From positions 18,689 to 82,688 of the IMG/VR virus record IMGVR_UViG_3300027754_000069: a stretch of DNA of 64,000 nucleotides, one strand, 5' to 3'. Position numbers and translations under genes: made by a program. The stretch comes from a virus. How positions within the stretch are numbered: position 1 is the first letter of the stretch; every line of letters starts with the position of its first letter. The notes beneath the pieces were generated by a model. The model did not search any database and was not told where the DNA came from. It worked only from the letters and a program-made list of their open reading frames with translations. Of the stretch, positions 43,738 to 53,361 are shown piece by piece.

Positions 43738-45627
43738 TCACAATCTCACAGCTCGCTGTTGTGCAGCGAGGTCATCTAAGTTGATGATGTATCTTGATTC
43801 AATCTCACCACGAGGTGTATATTGATTGTTGATAAAGTTTGGTACGTTAGTCGAAGTTAACAAAGTTTCTCTGGCTACGATCTCACAGAACCATAATGCC
43901 ATCACGGCATCCATCTTGAGTTTCTTGCCTTGTACTCCTGGTTGCCAGGTTACTAATTGTTCTATTAACTTTTTGACGTGTTCATTCTTCGAGCTGTCTG
44001 GTAATTCAATTAAGTTATCATCAGCATGCTTGAAGTTGTTCATGACTCCATCTCGCTTAGTGAGGGAGCCGAACAGTGGAGCCAGAGAGGCAACGCCAAA
44101 CTCTGGATCCTGTTTATTATTTCCTGTGTAGTGAGGTCTATAACTAATACCTCGGGTCGACAGGAAGTTACGAATCTCTTCGTCTTGTGTAAGGAAAAGC
44201 TGAAAAGCATTTGATTCCACAATGACCGTATGCGGTTTATACGCATCGGTCCATTCCCTGATAAGAGAACGAATTGCTGCAGGTGTAGGAGCTGTCATGA
44301 TGTGAACATCTAAGACGTAGCGTTTATGTGACCTGCGGTCAACCGCATAGGCGATAGCAGCGGTATCACCAGACATTGCTGGGTCGATACCTATGACCCT
44401 GTAAAAGTTCTCAGGGTTGTTGGGATGTCCTGCTGCGCCTGCAACCAATGCACCCGATTTTCTCATTCCGTTGACTGCGCCTCTGACGCATGTCGGGTCG
44501 AAGATTGCATTCTCCGCAATATCGAGGTTCTGGTATACCAGCGACCACTTAGATGGTCCTGCCTCATTACGGACCGCCGTTAGACGCGGTCCTGTCCATC
44601 GATCAAACAAACCATTCTCGTCGGGTACGTCAGTATCCGTAAGAGGTTGTTCGGTCTTTTCCCAAAGACATTTCCAGTCTTCAGGCTTGTCTGCATATTC
44701 TAAGACTGCAGGCATGGACAAATATGACCAAGGCAATGTGCCATCGGTGTAATGCTGTGGGTTGCGGAGTTCCTTATATAAGTCAACTGCTGATACTCGT
44801 GTGCCTACAACAAGAAGCTGCCCACCTCCTGGTGGTAGGCGTGAAGCAACTTCTTGTCGAATCCACTCTTGTTGCTTAGCCCACTCTGAAGCATTACTCA
44901 GAGTGACTACGTCGTCAAGAACGATTAAGTCTGCACGGTTTCCGTAAACCTGCCCGCCCATACCGATAGCTTCGACTGAAGGGTCTTTAGCATCGTTATC
45001 GCGGATGTCGCCACCAAGATAGATCTTGGTTGCTGACCACTGGTCTGCAGTAGCTTTGTATCCATCTGCTGGACCAAAAGCTGCCTGAAGGTCAGCGTAC
45101 CTCGGATGCGTCAAGCGTTGCTTGATCGCATACAAAAACTTCTTTGCCTGCTCCTGGGTCTTGGAGATAACCATGACCGAGATGTTAGGATTCTTAACCA
45201 GACGGTAGGTGACGTAGTTAATTGTGATCGTCATTGTCTTGGCGTGGTTAGGGGGTACGTTTACAAGAAGGCGGGATAAGCCCGCCGACCCCTTTTCGTA
45301 GACCATGCTTTCATGTAACCAAGAAGGATCATTGCCTTCTAGCATGTCTACCACATTCATCATGTGAGTGGGTACTTTAGTACCAAGGTAATTCTCAGAG
45401 AACTCTGCAAACCCAGATAAGCCAGACCGAGCGGAATCAGCGAGGTCTGCTGTTCTACCACGAGCATTATCTACATAAGCTGAGAAGCCCTCGGCTTCTC
45501 GGCGTTGGGTATCATACCAAGAGCGAGATCGTCCGATGACCTTTAGGGCGTCGGCGATCGTCCTGCCTTGTCTTACCAGGTCAATGAGTTCTTTACGAGC
45601 TTCTTCTGGTGATAGATTTCTTTCCAA
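43738..45627 (-). CDS. terL: Terminase large subunit with N-terminal HTH-like extension
   Basis: Same motifs as A; TTG start at 45627 gives the same length as A. Confidence 0.93.
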   Translation of the reverse strand: MERNLSPEEARKELIDLVRQGRTIADALKVIGRSRSWYDTQRREAEGFSAYVDNARGRTADLADSARSGLSGFAEFSENYLGTKVPTHMMNVVDMLEGNDPSWLHESMVYEKGSAGLSRLLVNVPPNHAKTMTITINYVTYRLVKNPNISVMVISKTQEQAKKFLYAIKQRLTHPRYADLQAAFGPADGYKATADQWSATKIYLGGDIRDNDAKDPSVEAIGMGGQVYGNRADLIVLDDVVTLSNASEWAKQQEWIRQEVASRLPPGGGQLLVVGTRVSAVDLYKELRNPQHYTDGTLPWSYLSMPAVLEYADKPEDWKCLWEKTEQPLTDTDVPDENGLFDRWTGPRLTAVRNEAGPSKWSLVYQNLDIAENAIFDPTCVRGAVNGMRKSGALVAGAAGHPNNPENFYRVIGIDPAMSGDTAAIAYAVDRRSHKRYVLDVHIMTAPTPAAIRSLIREWTDAYKPHTVIVESNAFQLFLTQDEEIRNFLSTRGISYRPHYTGNNKQDPEFGVASLAPLFGSLTKRDGVMNNFKHADDNLIELPDSSKNEHVKKLIEQLVTWQPGVQGKKLKMDAVMALWFCEIVARETLLTSTNVPNFINNQYTPRGEIESRYIINLDDLAAQQRAVRL

Positions 45628-45740
45628 TTGGACTCCAGTGTCTGTAGTGGTACAGAGGGGTCTGGGCAGAAGTATCCCCACTCTTGCATATATAACCATT
45701 AGGCTGGCATTAAGCCAGCCACAGAAGGCTCAATAAGTAT

Positions 45741-45787
45741 TTCGCCTTATACTTATATAGGGGTCTAGAGCGTCGGCGTGTTTCAAG
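45741..45787 (-). promoter_or_regulatory. Putative late/terminase promoter
   Basis: Near-identical to 4944-4992. Confidence 0.55.
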
Positions 45788-45868
45788 GGCTTTTGGTAAT
45801 TATTTTTATTTATATATATAAGTGCTGGTCAGAGCTGGTTTTCTGGTGAATATTATTTTGTGGATAGT

Positions 45869-45889
45869 GGGGGGAGGGGAGGGGGGTGG
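45869..45889 (+). other. G-tract in putative genome-end region
   Basis: G6-A-G4-A-G6-T-G2. Confidence 0.6.
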
Positions 45890-45982
45890 TGCTAAACATC
45901 AGGGGGGTCGTCAAGGGCGCGACACAAAAAAAGACCCACGCATCTGTGCGTGAGCCTAGGAAAAACGTGTGCGCGGGCAGGG

Positions 45983-46016
45983 AAAAACCCCCCGCGCCTG
46001 TGCTGACGCGAGGGGC
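45983..46016 (-). terminator. Terminator for the leftward early gene
   Basis: A-run plus CCCC.CGCG..CGCG.GGGG stem. Confidence 0.55.
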
Positions 46017-46029
46017 TTGCCTAACTATC

Positions 46030-46302
46030 TTATAGGGAAATCCTCTTCATTACTACGCGGAAGTTATCGCTTACGATACGCAACTCCCGAGCATTACGCA
46101 CCTCTGCTATGTCATACACGATACCTACGCGACCCTTGCCTATGTGAACAAGGTCTCCTAATTGTGCATACCCGAGCGATACCAACTCGAAATCGGGGAT
46201 GTGATTCAGGCTTGGAACTCCGTACTCATTGCGTACCTCAAGCACCTCTGCCTTGAGGTCTGTGAGTAGGTCGTCGTGTGTCCACGCTGTGATTGTGTTC
46301 AT
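46030..46302 (-). CDS. Immediate-early small protein, KOW/SH3-like
   Basis: Homolog of 5357..5629. Confidence 0.8.
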   Translation of the reverse strand: MNTITAWTHDDLLTDLKAEVLEVRNEYGVPSLNHIPDFELVSLGYAQLGDLVHIGKGRVGIVYDIAEVRNARELRIVSDNFRVVMKRISL

Positions 46303-46354
46303 TGCTGTGTGCCTTTCGCTATTTACGTTGGAAGACCACCTCCCAACGACAAAC

Positions 46355-46383
46355 AGTATCTCACACCTCGAGCCGAATGTCAA
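46355..46383 (-). promoter_or_regulatory. Housekeeping-sigma promoter TTGACA-17-GATACT
   Basis: Seen directly; same position as in A. Confidence 0.75.
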
Positions 46384-46545
46384 ACACTGAGCGTAAATCC
46401 TCGGTGTGTCGGCTCGTTATGTGTGTCCTGTGATGTGCCGTATGCGCTGGTGTATGCGCCGTGCGTCATAACGCATAAGCATAGCGGGCGATACGTATTG
46501 ACTGCTAACAGCTCGCACGTATGATCCGCACACCTGTCTTTTCTT

Positions 46546-46579
46546 GATAACAAATCAAAGATTTGTTTGATAAAGGGGG
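46546..46579 (+). promoter_or_regulatory. Hairpin element H4 (GATA-ACAAATC-AAA-GATTTGT-TTGATAAA)
   Basis: Seen directly. Confidence 0.7.
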
Positions 46580-46618
46580 TCGAATCAAATTGGTTTGGCA
46601 TTGACGAAAGGAACACAG

Positions 46619-46864
46619 ATGAGAACAGTTGAAACTAAGGCACTAGTCGGCGTCGTAAAGAACGGCGTTGTTCACGTGTCGAAGCCAAATGACAAGCGCA
46701 TCTTCGCAAAGGTACGCATCACCACTAACACCGCTAAATCTTCGAAGAAGATTGAAGCAATCCTCGCCTCATTCAAGGCATACCCGAACTTTACCACAGT
46801 TCTGGCTGAAATCCAAAAGGTTGAGCCAAAGGCTTACCTCACACTGAAGGGAGGTCAAGCCTAA
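46619..46864 (+). CDS. Basic hypothetical protein (B only)
   Basis: CGAAAGGA SD; coupled to the next gene. Confidence 0.75.
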   Translation: MRTVETKALVGVVKNGVVHVSKPNDKRIFAKVRITTNTAKSSKKIEAILASFKAYPNFTTVLAEIQKVEPKAYLTLKGGQA

Positions 46865-46980
46865 TGTTTTATTGGGGAGACTACGTAGCAATGGCAATCG
46901 CACTATTCACCAGTGGATTCACACTCGGTATCTACGTCGCTCGACGTGCCGTCAAGCAGTGGCTCGCACGTCATTCATAG
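46864..46980 (+). CDS. 38-aa membrane protein
   Basis: Read manually: MFYWGDYVAMAIALF... Confidence 0.7.
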   Translation: MFYWGDYVAMAIALFTSGFTLGIYVARRAVKQWLARHS

Positions 46981-47012
46981 ATAACACATCGAAGATGTGT
47001 ATAGAAAGGGGG
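46980..47012 (+). promoter_or_regulatory. Hairpin element H5 (GATA-ACACATC-GAA-GATGTGT-ATAGAAA)
   Basis: Seen directly. Confidence 0.7.
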
Positions 47013-47059
47013 GACGGCAAATCGCTGTCCCCTCTCCACTTATCGAAAGGAGCAACACA

Positions 47060-47242
47060 ATGGATTACAGACTCAAACTCAACTGGCAGGAAGACGAACT
47101 CGCCCCTCGCGGGACTCGTTACTACGTCGAGATTGAAAAACTTGACGACTGGAATACCACGATTGTGGATGTCAATGGCACGTCGTGGCATCAGGCAATG
47201 ACCGAAGCAATGGACAAACTAACCGAGATAGGAGAAATCTAA
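47060..47242 (+). CDS. Hypothetical protein
   Basis: Homolog of 6139..6315. Confidence 0.85.
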   Translation: MDYRLKLNWQEDELAPRGTRYYVEIEKLDDWNTTIVDVNGTSWHQAMTEAMDKLTEIGEI

Positions 47243-47605
47243 ATGGGAGCAAGAATCAACTTCGTATTCAAGGCATACGAAAAAGAAATATCACACGTCA
47301 CACTCTACTCACACTGGGGCGAGAGTAACTGGCGAAGTGACTTAGCAGAAGCACTGGCTCACGCTAAGCCTCGCTGGGATGATGCAAGTTATGGAATCCG
47401 AATAGTTGTTTCACAACTAATCGGTGAGGACTGGGGTAATCACACAGGTTACGGCTTGTTCACAAGCACCGAAGATGAAGACTTAGGTGACACCACCGTA
47501 ATGGTGGACTTTACAAATCAAACAGTCAATGATACAGGCAACGAACATTCGTTCGGTTCTTTCGTCGAGTATCACGAAGAGGTAAAGGAGTTTCATAATG
47601 CCTAA
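47243..47605 (+). CDS. Hypothetical protein (LYSHWG family)
   Basis: Homolog of 6315..6674. Confidence 0.85.
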   Translation: MGARINFVFKAYEKEISHVTLYSHWGESNWRSDLAEALAHAKPRWDDASYGIRIVVSQLIGEDWGNHTGYGLFTSTEDEDLGDTTVMVDFTNQTVNDTGNEHSFGSFVEYHEEVKEFHNA

Positions 47606-48236
47606 CTGGGTGTATAACTCCCTCGTAATCGAGGGTGATGCAGACGTACTTACACGGATCGCGCAACAACTAGCAACACCACACGAAACACAACACCTTG
47701 ACTGGAAAACCAACGAGGTCAAGACTGAAATGGTTGAACAACCATTCTCATACTGGAACATCATCAAGCCGACCAACCTTGATGAGTATTACGACAAGCC
47801 CGACACAAAGCAAGACCATCCCGACCACTGGTATTCGTGGAATACCAGCAACTGGGGCGTGAAATGGAATGCATCAAGTGCTGAACGGCACGATACCGAA
47901 GACGGCTCATTGTGCTACACGTTCGAATCCCCTTGGGGTATTCCAAATGAAGCACTGCTCACCTTATCCAAGCAATACCCAACCGTCACGCTTGAGCTCG
48001 AGTTCGAGGAAGAGACTGGCTGGGGTGGAACTATTGTCTACGACAATGGCAATGAGGAAACAACCGAAGAGTACGACAACAAGTGCCGAGACTGTAGCGC
48101 ACTGAACACGCTGGATTACTGCGACGATTGCGGTAATGAACTGTGTTCAAAATGCAACAACATAAGCGAGGCAGATAAGGATGCACTCAAAGAGTGCGAG
48201 ACACATAAACATCTAGCACAGGAGGTAACAGCGTGA
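47598..48236 (+). CDS. DUF1281/YubB ferredoxin-like protein with C-terminal Zn finger (B only)
   Basis: MPNW.YN.L.I.G, WY.WN..NWG.KW, F.SPW..P, YP...L.FEE. Confidence 0.8.
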   Translation: MPNWVYNSLVIEGDADVLTRIAQQLATPHETQHLDWKTNEVKTEMVEQPFSYWNIIKPTNLDEYYDKPDTKQDHPDHWYSWNTSNWGVKWNASSAERHDTEDGSLCYTFESPWGIPNEALLTLSKQYPTVTLELEFEEETGWGGTIVYDNGNEETTEEYDNKCRDCSALNTLDYCDDCGNELCSKCNNISEADKDALKECETHKHLAQEVTA

Positions 48237-48427
48237 CCAAATACATAGCCAATGAAAACGGAGACTGGTGGGAATACGTCGAGGACTCTGTCCTCTTCGT
48301 CATTGACGACAGTGAAGGACACATAAGCAAGGCAATGCAAGAGGAAGACGCGTCGCCCGACGACGACAAGTTCGAGAAGTTCATCTGGCGATACGGCAAA
48401 GCCGTAACAATCAAGGAGGTAATCTAA
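48233..48427 (+). CDS. Hypothetical protein (B only)
   Basis: GTGA coupling; GGAGG SD. Confidence 0.75.
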   Translation: MTKYIANENGDWWEYVEDSVLFVIDDSEGHISKAMQEEDASPDDDKFEKFIWRYGKAVTIKEVI

Positions 48428-48597
48428 TGATGGGCTACAAGTATGCAGACATACAGAAGTTCGGCACTGCTCTGAACAGAGCAGAGTTCTACCTACCACC
48501 AAGTGATACAGAAACAAGGGAGGGTCTCACTCAGGTGTGGGATTTCTTCGAAGGACTACTAGCCGAAGGCTATGTAGAAGGAGAGGAGACAGCGTGA
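48427..48597 (+). CDS. 56-aa hypothetical protein (B only)
   Basis: Read manually: MMGYKYADIQKF...DFFEGLLAEGYV. Confidence 0.7.
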   Translation: MMGYKYADIQKFGTALNRAEFYLPPSDTETREGLTQVWDFFEGLLAEGYVEGEETA

Positions 48598-48770
48598 CCA
48601 AGTACATAGACATAGACGAACTCAAGGCTATCTATAAAGATAATCGTGAGGGAAATGTATCTGACTCAGCATTTGCTGAGGCAGTAGAAGAAATCAACGG
48701 AAGAGTGGACAACTTCATCGACGCCATACTTGAAGACATACTTCAAGAACTATACGAAGGAGCAAACTAA
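48594..48770 (+). CDS. Acidic hypothetical protein (B only)
   Basis: GTGA coupling. Confidence 0.7.
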   Translation: MTKYIDIDELKAIYKDNREGNVSDSAFAEAVEEINGRVDNFIDAILEDILQELYEGAN

Positions 48771-49042
48771 TGGGACGCAATACAGCGCAAGACCTAGCGG
48801 AGAATGTCATTGACATTCGCCAGTCAATAGCAATACAACTAACAAGCAATCACTATCCACCTGTGCCACTGAGTATGGTCGAGCCTTGTATTGAGGCTAT
48901 CTATGCGGTGTCAGAGGGACTCACTCATAAGCAAATCCAACTGCCGAAAGGTGTGTACTGGCGGGAGTATCCAACCGCTCCCGCTCACGTCATTGTCGAG
49001 AGTCATCATCTCCAACCTTGGTGTGATTATGACAACGACTAA
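48770..49042 (+). CDS. Hypothetical protein (NHYPPVP family)
   Basis: Homolog of 6667..6939. Confidence 0.85.
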   Translation: MGRNTAQDLAENVIDIRQSIAIQLTSNHYPPVPLSMVEPCIEAIYAVSEGLTHKQIQLPKGVYWREYPTAPAHVIVESHHLQPWCDYDND

Positions 49043-49217
49043 GCATCTATACAGTATGACGGCAGATGAACTCGCACGGATCACGTGCTTCGGCTACGAG
49101 GGACACCCTTGTACCAACACAATGGATGAGTATGGCTGTCGCAACAGTATGAAAGACAACGAACCATTCTGCGCTGAGTGTTGTGCAGATACTAACGAGG
49201 GTATGTGCTGCGGGTAG
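49029..49217 (+). CDS. Cys-rich small protein
   Basis: Homolog of 8200..8382 at a different position. Confidence 0.85.
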   Translation: MTTTKHLYSMTADELARITCFGYEGHPCTNTMDEYGCRNSMKDNEPFCAECCADTNEGMCCG

Positions 49218-49230
49218 CACGTGCATTCTT

Positions 49231-49263
49231 TATAGCATAGAGAATCTATGCTCTTGAATAAGC
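49231..49263 (+). promoter_or_regulatory. Hairpin element H6 (TATA-GCATAGA-GAA-TCTATGC-TCTTGAATAA)
   Basis: Positional equivalent of H2. Confidence 0.65.
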
Positions 49264-49285
49264 CGACCAAACCGAAAGGAGAAAG

Positions 49286-50008
49286 ATGCTATCGCTAATC
49301 AGAAGCAATGACCGCAAGGTTACCAACCTAGTCTCGCCAAGTGGCAAGACATCTGCAATCGCTAACACCTTTGGCTTACCAGCAGGCAAGGCATACTCTT
49401 GTCCAGATGCAACCAATATCTGCGAGAAGGTCTGTTATGCAGGCAAGCTCGAGCGTGTATACAAGGGAGTGAGGGAAGTTCTCCTTCACAACTGGCAACT
49501 ACTGAAGGACGCTGACGTCAACCAAATGGTTGACTTGCTTGACGATATGATGCTTGATTTCATCAAGGATTGTGAGAGACGGAATGCCCCGAAGTTATTC
49601 CGCATCCACTGGGACGGCGACTTCTTCAATCAAACCTATGAGTATGCGTGGCAGAAAATAGTAATGATGCACCCAGACATACAGTTCTGGTGCTATACAC
49701 GTGTCAAGTCTGCTGCTTATTCCCTATCGGGGCTTGACAATCTCTCGCTGTACTACAGCACAGATGATGAGAACAAACACATCGGCGAACAAGTTCGCAA
49801 CGAAACAGATACGAAACTAGCGTACCTATCCACCACATTCGCAGATGCAGAGGATGAAATGGTACGTATCACTGGCAAGGTAGGTGCGAAATGCCCTGCA
49901 CTAACCAAGCAAATCCCACTCATCTCAACGAGTGGTTCAGCCTGCGTAACTTGCGGGCTCTGTGTCAACGGCAAAGCCGACATCCGATTCAGCACAACCA
50001 AGAAATGA
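49286..50008 (+). CDS. GP88-family protein
   Basis: Homolog of 7002..7727. Confidence 0.75.
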   Translation: MLSLIRSNDRKVTNLVSPSGKTSAIANTFGLPAGKAYSCPDATNICEKVCYAGKLERVYKGVREVLLHNWQLLKDADVNQMVDLLDDMMLDFIKDCERRNAPKLFRIHWDGDFFNQTYEYAWQKIVMMHPDIQFWCYTRVKSAAYSLSGLDNLSLYYSTDDENKHIGEQVRNETDTKLAYLSTTFADAEDEMVRITGKVGAKCPALTKQIPLISTSGSACVTCGLCVNGKADIRFSTTKK

Positions 50009-50015
50009 GGAACAA

Positions 50016-50330
50016 ATGGAAGCATCATTCATGATCGCACAGGTAGAGACAACCATGTCTAACTACACCAACCAACATCACCGCTTAGGTATGCGAGACC
50101 TTGCCATATGGCAAAGCCTCGGCTCATACTATGCAGACCCAGAAGATTACGACATCGTGCTTACCTCAACACGAGAGGAAGCGTTCGACCGTATGGTGGC
50201 AGACCACTGGCATGTACGAGTAAGCGATGCATTCTTCGGGCTTGACTACGAAGGTATCGACGAAGAGGTACTTGATTATCTGAAGGGTAACAAGTTAGTA
50301 GCAAGCACAGACGAAGAGGAGGAAGAGTAA
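50016..50330 (+). CDS. Acidic hypothetical protein
   Basis: Homolog of 7736..8071. Confidence 0.8.
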   Translation: MEASFMIAQVETTMSNYTNQHHRLGMRDLAIWQSLGSYYADPEDYDIVLTSTREEAFDRMVADHWHVRVSDAFFGLDYEGIDEEVLDYLKGNKLVASTDEEEEE

Positions 50331-51040
50331 TGCCTATCATGTGTGAAGAATGTAAATGTTCGAACTGGATTTGCTCCGACTGTGGAGAATCCAATCATAA
50401 TGATTGTGGTTGCCCATGCTGTGGCTGTAAATGCCAGACAAAAGAAGATGAGAAATGGTGCGACGATTGTGGAAAGAACGTGCCATACACCAGCGAAGGA
50501 TGTGCGTGTCAAGATAGCACAGCTTTAGCTGTGCATATAGATAACCAACCAACCGAAAGGAGCAACACCATGGAAACAGAAGCACCAGTAGTAACGCCAG
50601 ACCAGCAACAGATTGTGTATCTCGAGGAGCAGAAGGTTGCACTAGAGAAGCGCATTGAAGCACTAACGATTGACCTATCCACACAACGCAGTATCGTGGA
50701 TGAACACCGCCGTAAGGTAAGCAGACTATTCACCAAGGTGAATGACTACATTGAAGAGAATGACTGTGATGAAGACAGCGAGATTGTTCTTCATGAACTA
50801 GATGACATCCTCTCAGGTATCTTCAGCAACCGACTCGTATTCGAGAAGGTGTATGAGGTACAGATTACCTACACACTGGACGCTACGTTCGAGATCCGTG
50901 CAAAGGATGAGGATGCAGCACGTGAGATTGCCGAAGAGATTGGCATCAGCACTGACCCAGTGTTCGACCATGAGGAAGACCCAACCGAATGCGTGATAGA
51001 CCAGTCACGTGTCGGATACCTACAACGAAAGGTGAACTAA
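50330..51040 (+). CDS. Cys-rich ORF in frame with coiled-coil gene (internal start at 50570)
   Basis: Part from 50570 is homologous to 8460..8927 and has its own GAAAGGAG SD. Confidence 0.7.
   Translation: MPIMCEECKCSNWICSDCGESNHNDCGCPCCGCKCQTKEDEKWCDDCGKNVPYTSEGCACQDSTALAVHIDNQPTERSNTMETEAPVVTPDQQQIVYLEEQKVALEKRIEALTIDLSTQRSIVDEHRRKVSRLFTKVNDYIEENDCDEDSEIVLHELDDILSGIFSNRLVFEKVYEVQITYTLDATFEIRAKDEDAAREIAEEIGISTDPVFDHEEDPTECVIDQSRVGYLQRKVN
50513..50544 (+). promoter_or_regulatory. Hairpin element H7 (GATA-GCACAGC-TTTA-GCTGTGC-ATATAGATAA)
   Basis: Positional equivalent of H3. Confidence 0.7.
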
Positions 51041-51297
51041 TGAGTATAAACAGAGGAGATGTCTGCGCCAACGGAGCCGTTGTCGTAGATTGCAAGCGAG
51101 CTAACGATGGTGTAACCATTGTGCTCTGCTTGTGGGTAAGAGATACACAAACAGGTGAGCAATTCACCCGCACTGCTGATCCATACGTAACGTGGACAGC
51201 ACGTAGAGATGAGGGAACAGGCGAGATTGTATGCTCGACTGGTCACTATATGGACAGCCTGTCCGATGCAGTTGTTGATTTCAACAGCCGTACCTGA
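51040..51297 (+). CDS. Hypothetical protein
   Basis: Homolog of 8930..9193. Confidence 0.85.
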   Translation: MSINRGDVCANGAVVVDCKRANDGVTIVLCLWVRDTQTGEQFTRTADPYVTWTARRDEGTGEIVCSTGHYMDSLSDAVVDFNSRT

Positions 51298-51335
51298 TAC
51301 ACTCACACCAACAACCCAACACGAAAGGAAGTACC

Positions 51336-52316
51336 ATGTCAAACCTAACAATCAAGTCCCGCCGTAATGCATACAGCATTATCGGTGAAGAAGTAACAGC
51401 AACATCAGCACGAGACGCAGCCACTCAGGCTGGTCTCGACTGGCGCGTATCACTAGCCGACGTCCAAGCGTTGGCTGTATCAAACACAGGTGTTAGCCAA
51501 CTCGAAGTGCCTAACACTTTCGCTACTGTCCGTACCAACGAGGACAACACACAGTCAGTGCTTGGCACTGTCGGTGGACGATACAAAGTATTCCAGAATG
51601 CTGAGATGTTCTCAGGTCTAGATGCTCTGGTCGATTCAGGAGATGCACGATATGCATATGCTGGTGAAGTCAAAGGCGGAGCACAGGTATACATGGTGCT
51701 CGAGCTACCTAAAGGTGTGAAGATTGGTAACGATGAGCACAAGGCTTATCTAGTAGCACGAACTTCACACGATGGTTCAACTGCACTGCAGATTGCACCG
51801 AGTGTGACACGTTTACGCTGTACCAATCAGATCGCTGGCATCTTCTCTAAGTCAGCGACCTACACACTCAAGCATACAACCAATGCTGAGTTCAAGATTG
51901 AGGACATCCGCAAGATTATCCCAGTCACATACACTGGTATCGAGTTCTACGAAACCGTAGGCAACAAGCTTCTCCAAGAGAAGCTAACCGATATAGAGGT
52001 AGACAACATCTTCAAGAAGATGTGGTCACTACCATCCTTCGTTGAGCAATCGCCATATGCACTGCTTTCAACAGGGCAGAAGCGACAGTACAACTCAGCG
52101 ATATCTGCACGAGATGCAGCCAAAGGTATCTACAAAGGTGCAACTGGCACACAAGAAGAACTGTATGGCACAGCGTTCGGTGTGTTCCAATCAGTGGTTG
52201 AGTACGCTGACCACTACAGTCACAAGACAGAAGCAACTCGAGCCGAGCGTGTCATCAACGGTTCGGCTGACAGAATCAAGAGCAAGGCTCTTACCCTACT
52301 AACGAAGGGAATCTAA
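51336..52316 (+). CDS. DUF932 family protein
   Basis: Homolog of 9235..10209. Confidence 0.85.
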   Translation: MSNLTIKSRRNAYSIIGEEVTATSARDAATQAGLDWRVSLADVQALAVSNTGVSQLEVPNTFATVRTNEDNTQSVLGTVGGRYKVFQNAEMFSGLDALVDSGDARYAYAGEVKGGAQVYMVLELPKGVKIGNDEHKAYLVARTSHDGSTALQIAPSVTRLRCTNQIAGIFSKSATYTLKHTTNAEFKIEDIRKIIPVTYTGIEFYETVGNKLLQEKLTDIEVDNIFKKMWSLPSFVEQSPYALLSTGQKRQYNSAISARDAAKGIYKGATGTQEELYGTAFGVFQSVVEYADHYSHKTEATRAERVINGSADRIKSKALTLLTKGI

Positions 52317-52523
52317 ATGGATAAGGAAGACCTATACATCCAGCCTCGCATCTCAACAAGGCTGGCACAGTACATACAAAAGGCACTCGATTACCTACAC
52401 ATCTATGCACAAAAGATGGATGACCCAAGCGTGATCGAGCCTGAGCTACACAAAGAAGCAGATGATGCCATGATTGACATCATCTTAGACGCACCGCTAC
52501 CAGAGGAGGAATCTAATGGGTAA
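52317..52523 (+). CDS. Hypothetical protein
   Basis: Homolog of 10212. Confidence 0.8.
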   Translation: MDKEDLYIQPRISTRLAQYIQKALDYLHIYAQKMDDPSVIEPELHKEADDAMIDIILDAPLPEEESNG

Positions 52524-52743
52524 GTTAATCAACAAAGATACACTTGGTGTCCGTGTTGGGGGTATGAAAATTACCCCCATCGCTGGCTGGTCATGGTACT
52601 GTGGATACCATGACTCATACGGAATCGGAGATGACCGCGACGAAATCGTGTTCATGTTCGGTGCTCATATGAAATACAACGAGGTCGACGGCGATGTATG
52701 TGAACCGTATTACCGAGAATGGAAAGTAAAGGAGGAAGCATGA
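52516..52743 (+). CDS. Hypothetical protein
   Basis: Homolog of 10435. Confidence 0.85.
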   Translation: MGKLINKDTLGVRVGGMKITPIAGWSWYCGYHDSYGIGDDRDEIVFMFGAHMKYNEVDGDVCEPYYREWKVKEEA

Positions 52744-52871
52744 TACATCTAGTTAGTGTTGTTCTTATCTGTGCATATTGTAACTCAGAGATAGAACGAC
52801 GTACTGAATTAGAAGCACGTGAGGCACTGGCTGAACACCAGAACTACGTGCAATGTATGAAGAACTACTGA
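52740..52871 (+). CDS. 43-aa Zn-finger-like protein
   Basis: Homolog of 10659..10790. Confidence 0.8.
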   Translation: MIHLVSVVLICAYCNSEIERRTELEAREALAEHQNYVQCMKNY

Positions 52872-53194
52872 TGGGCAAGCCACGTCCGACAGAGATACGT
52901 CTAGTAGCCAAGCTACTAGATCCAGACGCTGAGAACTCCGAAGATGCTGCAGCATTAGCGATTGAAATCATTGAGGCACTAGATAACTCTAGGCTTAAAC
53001 GAGAATCGTTTATTGTTGTAGCAAAGTTGGCGGACTGGGTTCCCTTGCAGGCATGGGGGGAATTCAGTACCCGCTTACAAGCAGAGAAGTTCTTCCCGCA
53101 TCTATCCGCACCAGGTCCAGATACTGGTGGCAAGGGTGCGATAGCAAGGCTAGAAAATCCAGATGATTTACTCAAACGAATAGGAGCACAGTAA
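52871..53194 (+). CDS. Hypothetical protein
   Basis: Homolog of 10790. Confidence 0.85.
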   Translation: MGKPRPTEIRLVAKLLDPDAENSEDAAALAIEIIEALDNSRLKRESFIVVAKLADWVPLQAWGEFSTRLQAEKFFPHLSAPGPDTGGKGAIARLENPDDLLKRIGAQ

Positions 53195-53361
53195 TGTTCT
53201 ACAACGGATTCACTTTGCTCATGCAGATACTAGCAGGCATGAGTATGTACTACGTTGGTCGACACTTTGGTTACCACCAAGGTGAGCAAGAGATGTATCA
53301 GAGATGTCGTAGTGCTGATGCAGTACGAAGAGAATTCTTTTCCGACATCAGTCGGAACTAG
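53194..53361 (+). CDS. Small membrane protein
   Basis: Read manually; homolog of 11119..11262. Confidence 0.75.
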   Translation: MFYNGFTLLMQILAGMSMYYVGRHFGYHQGEQEMYQRCRSADAVRREFFSDISRN

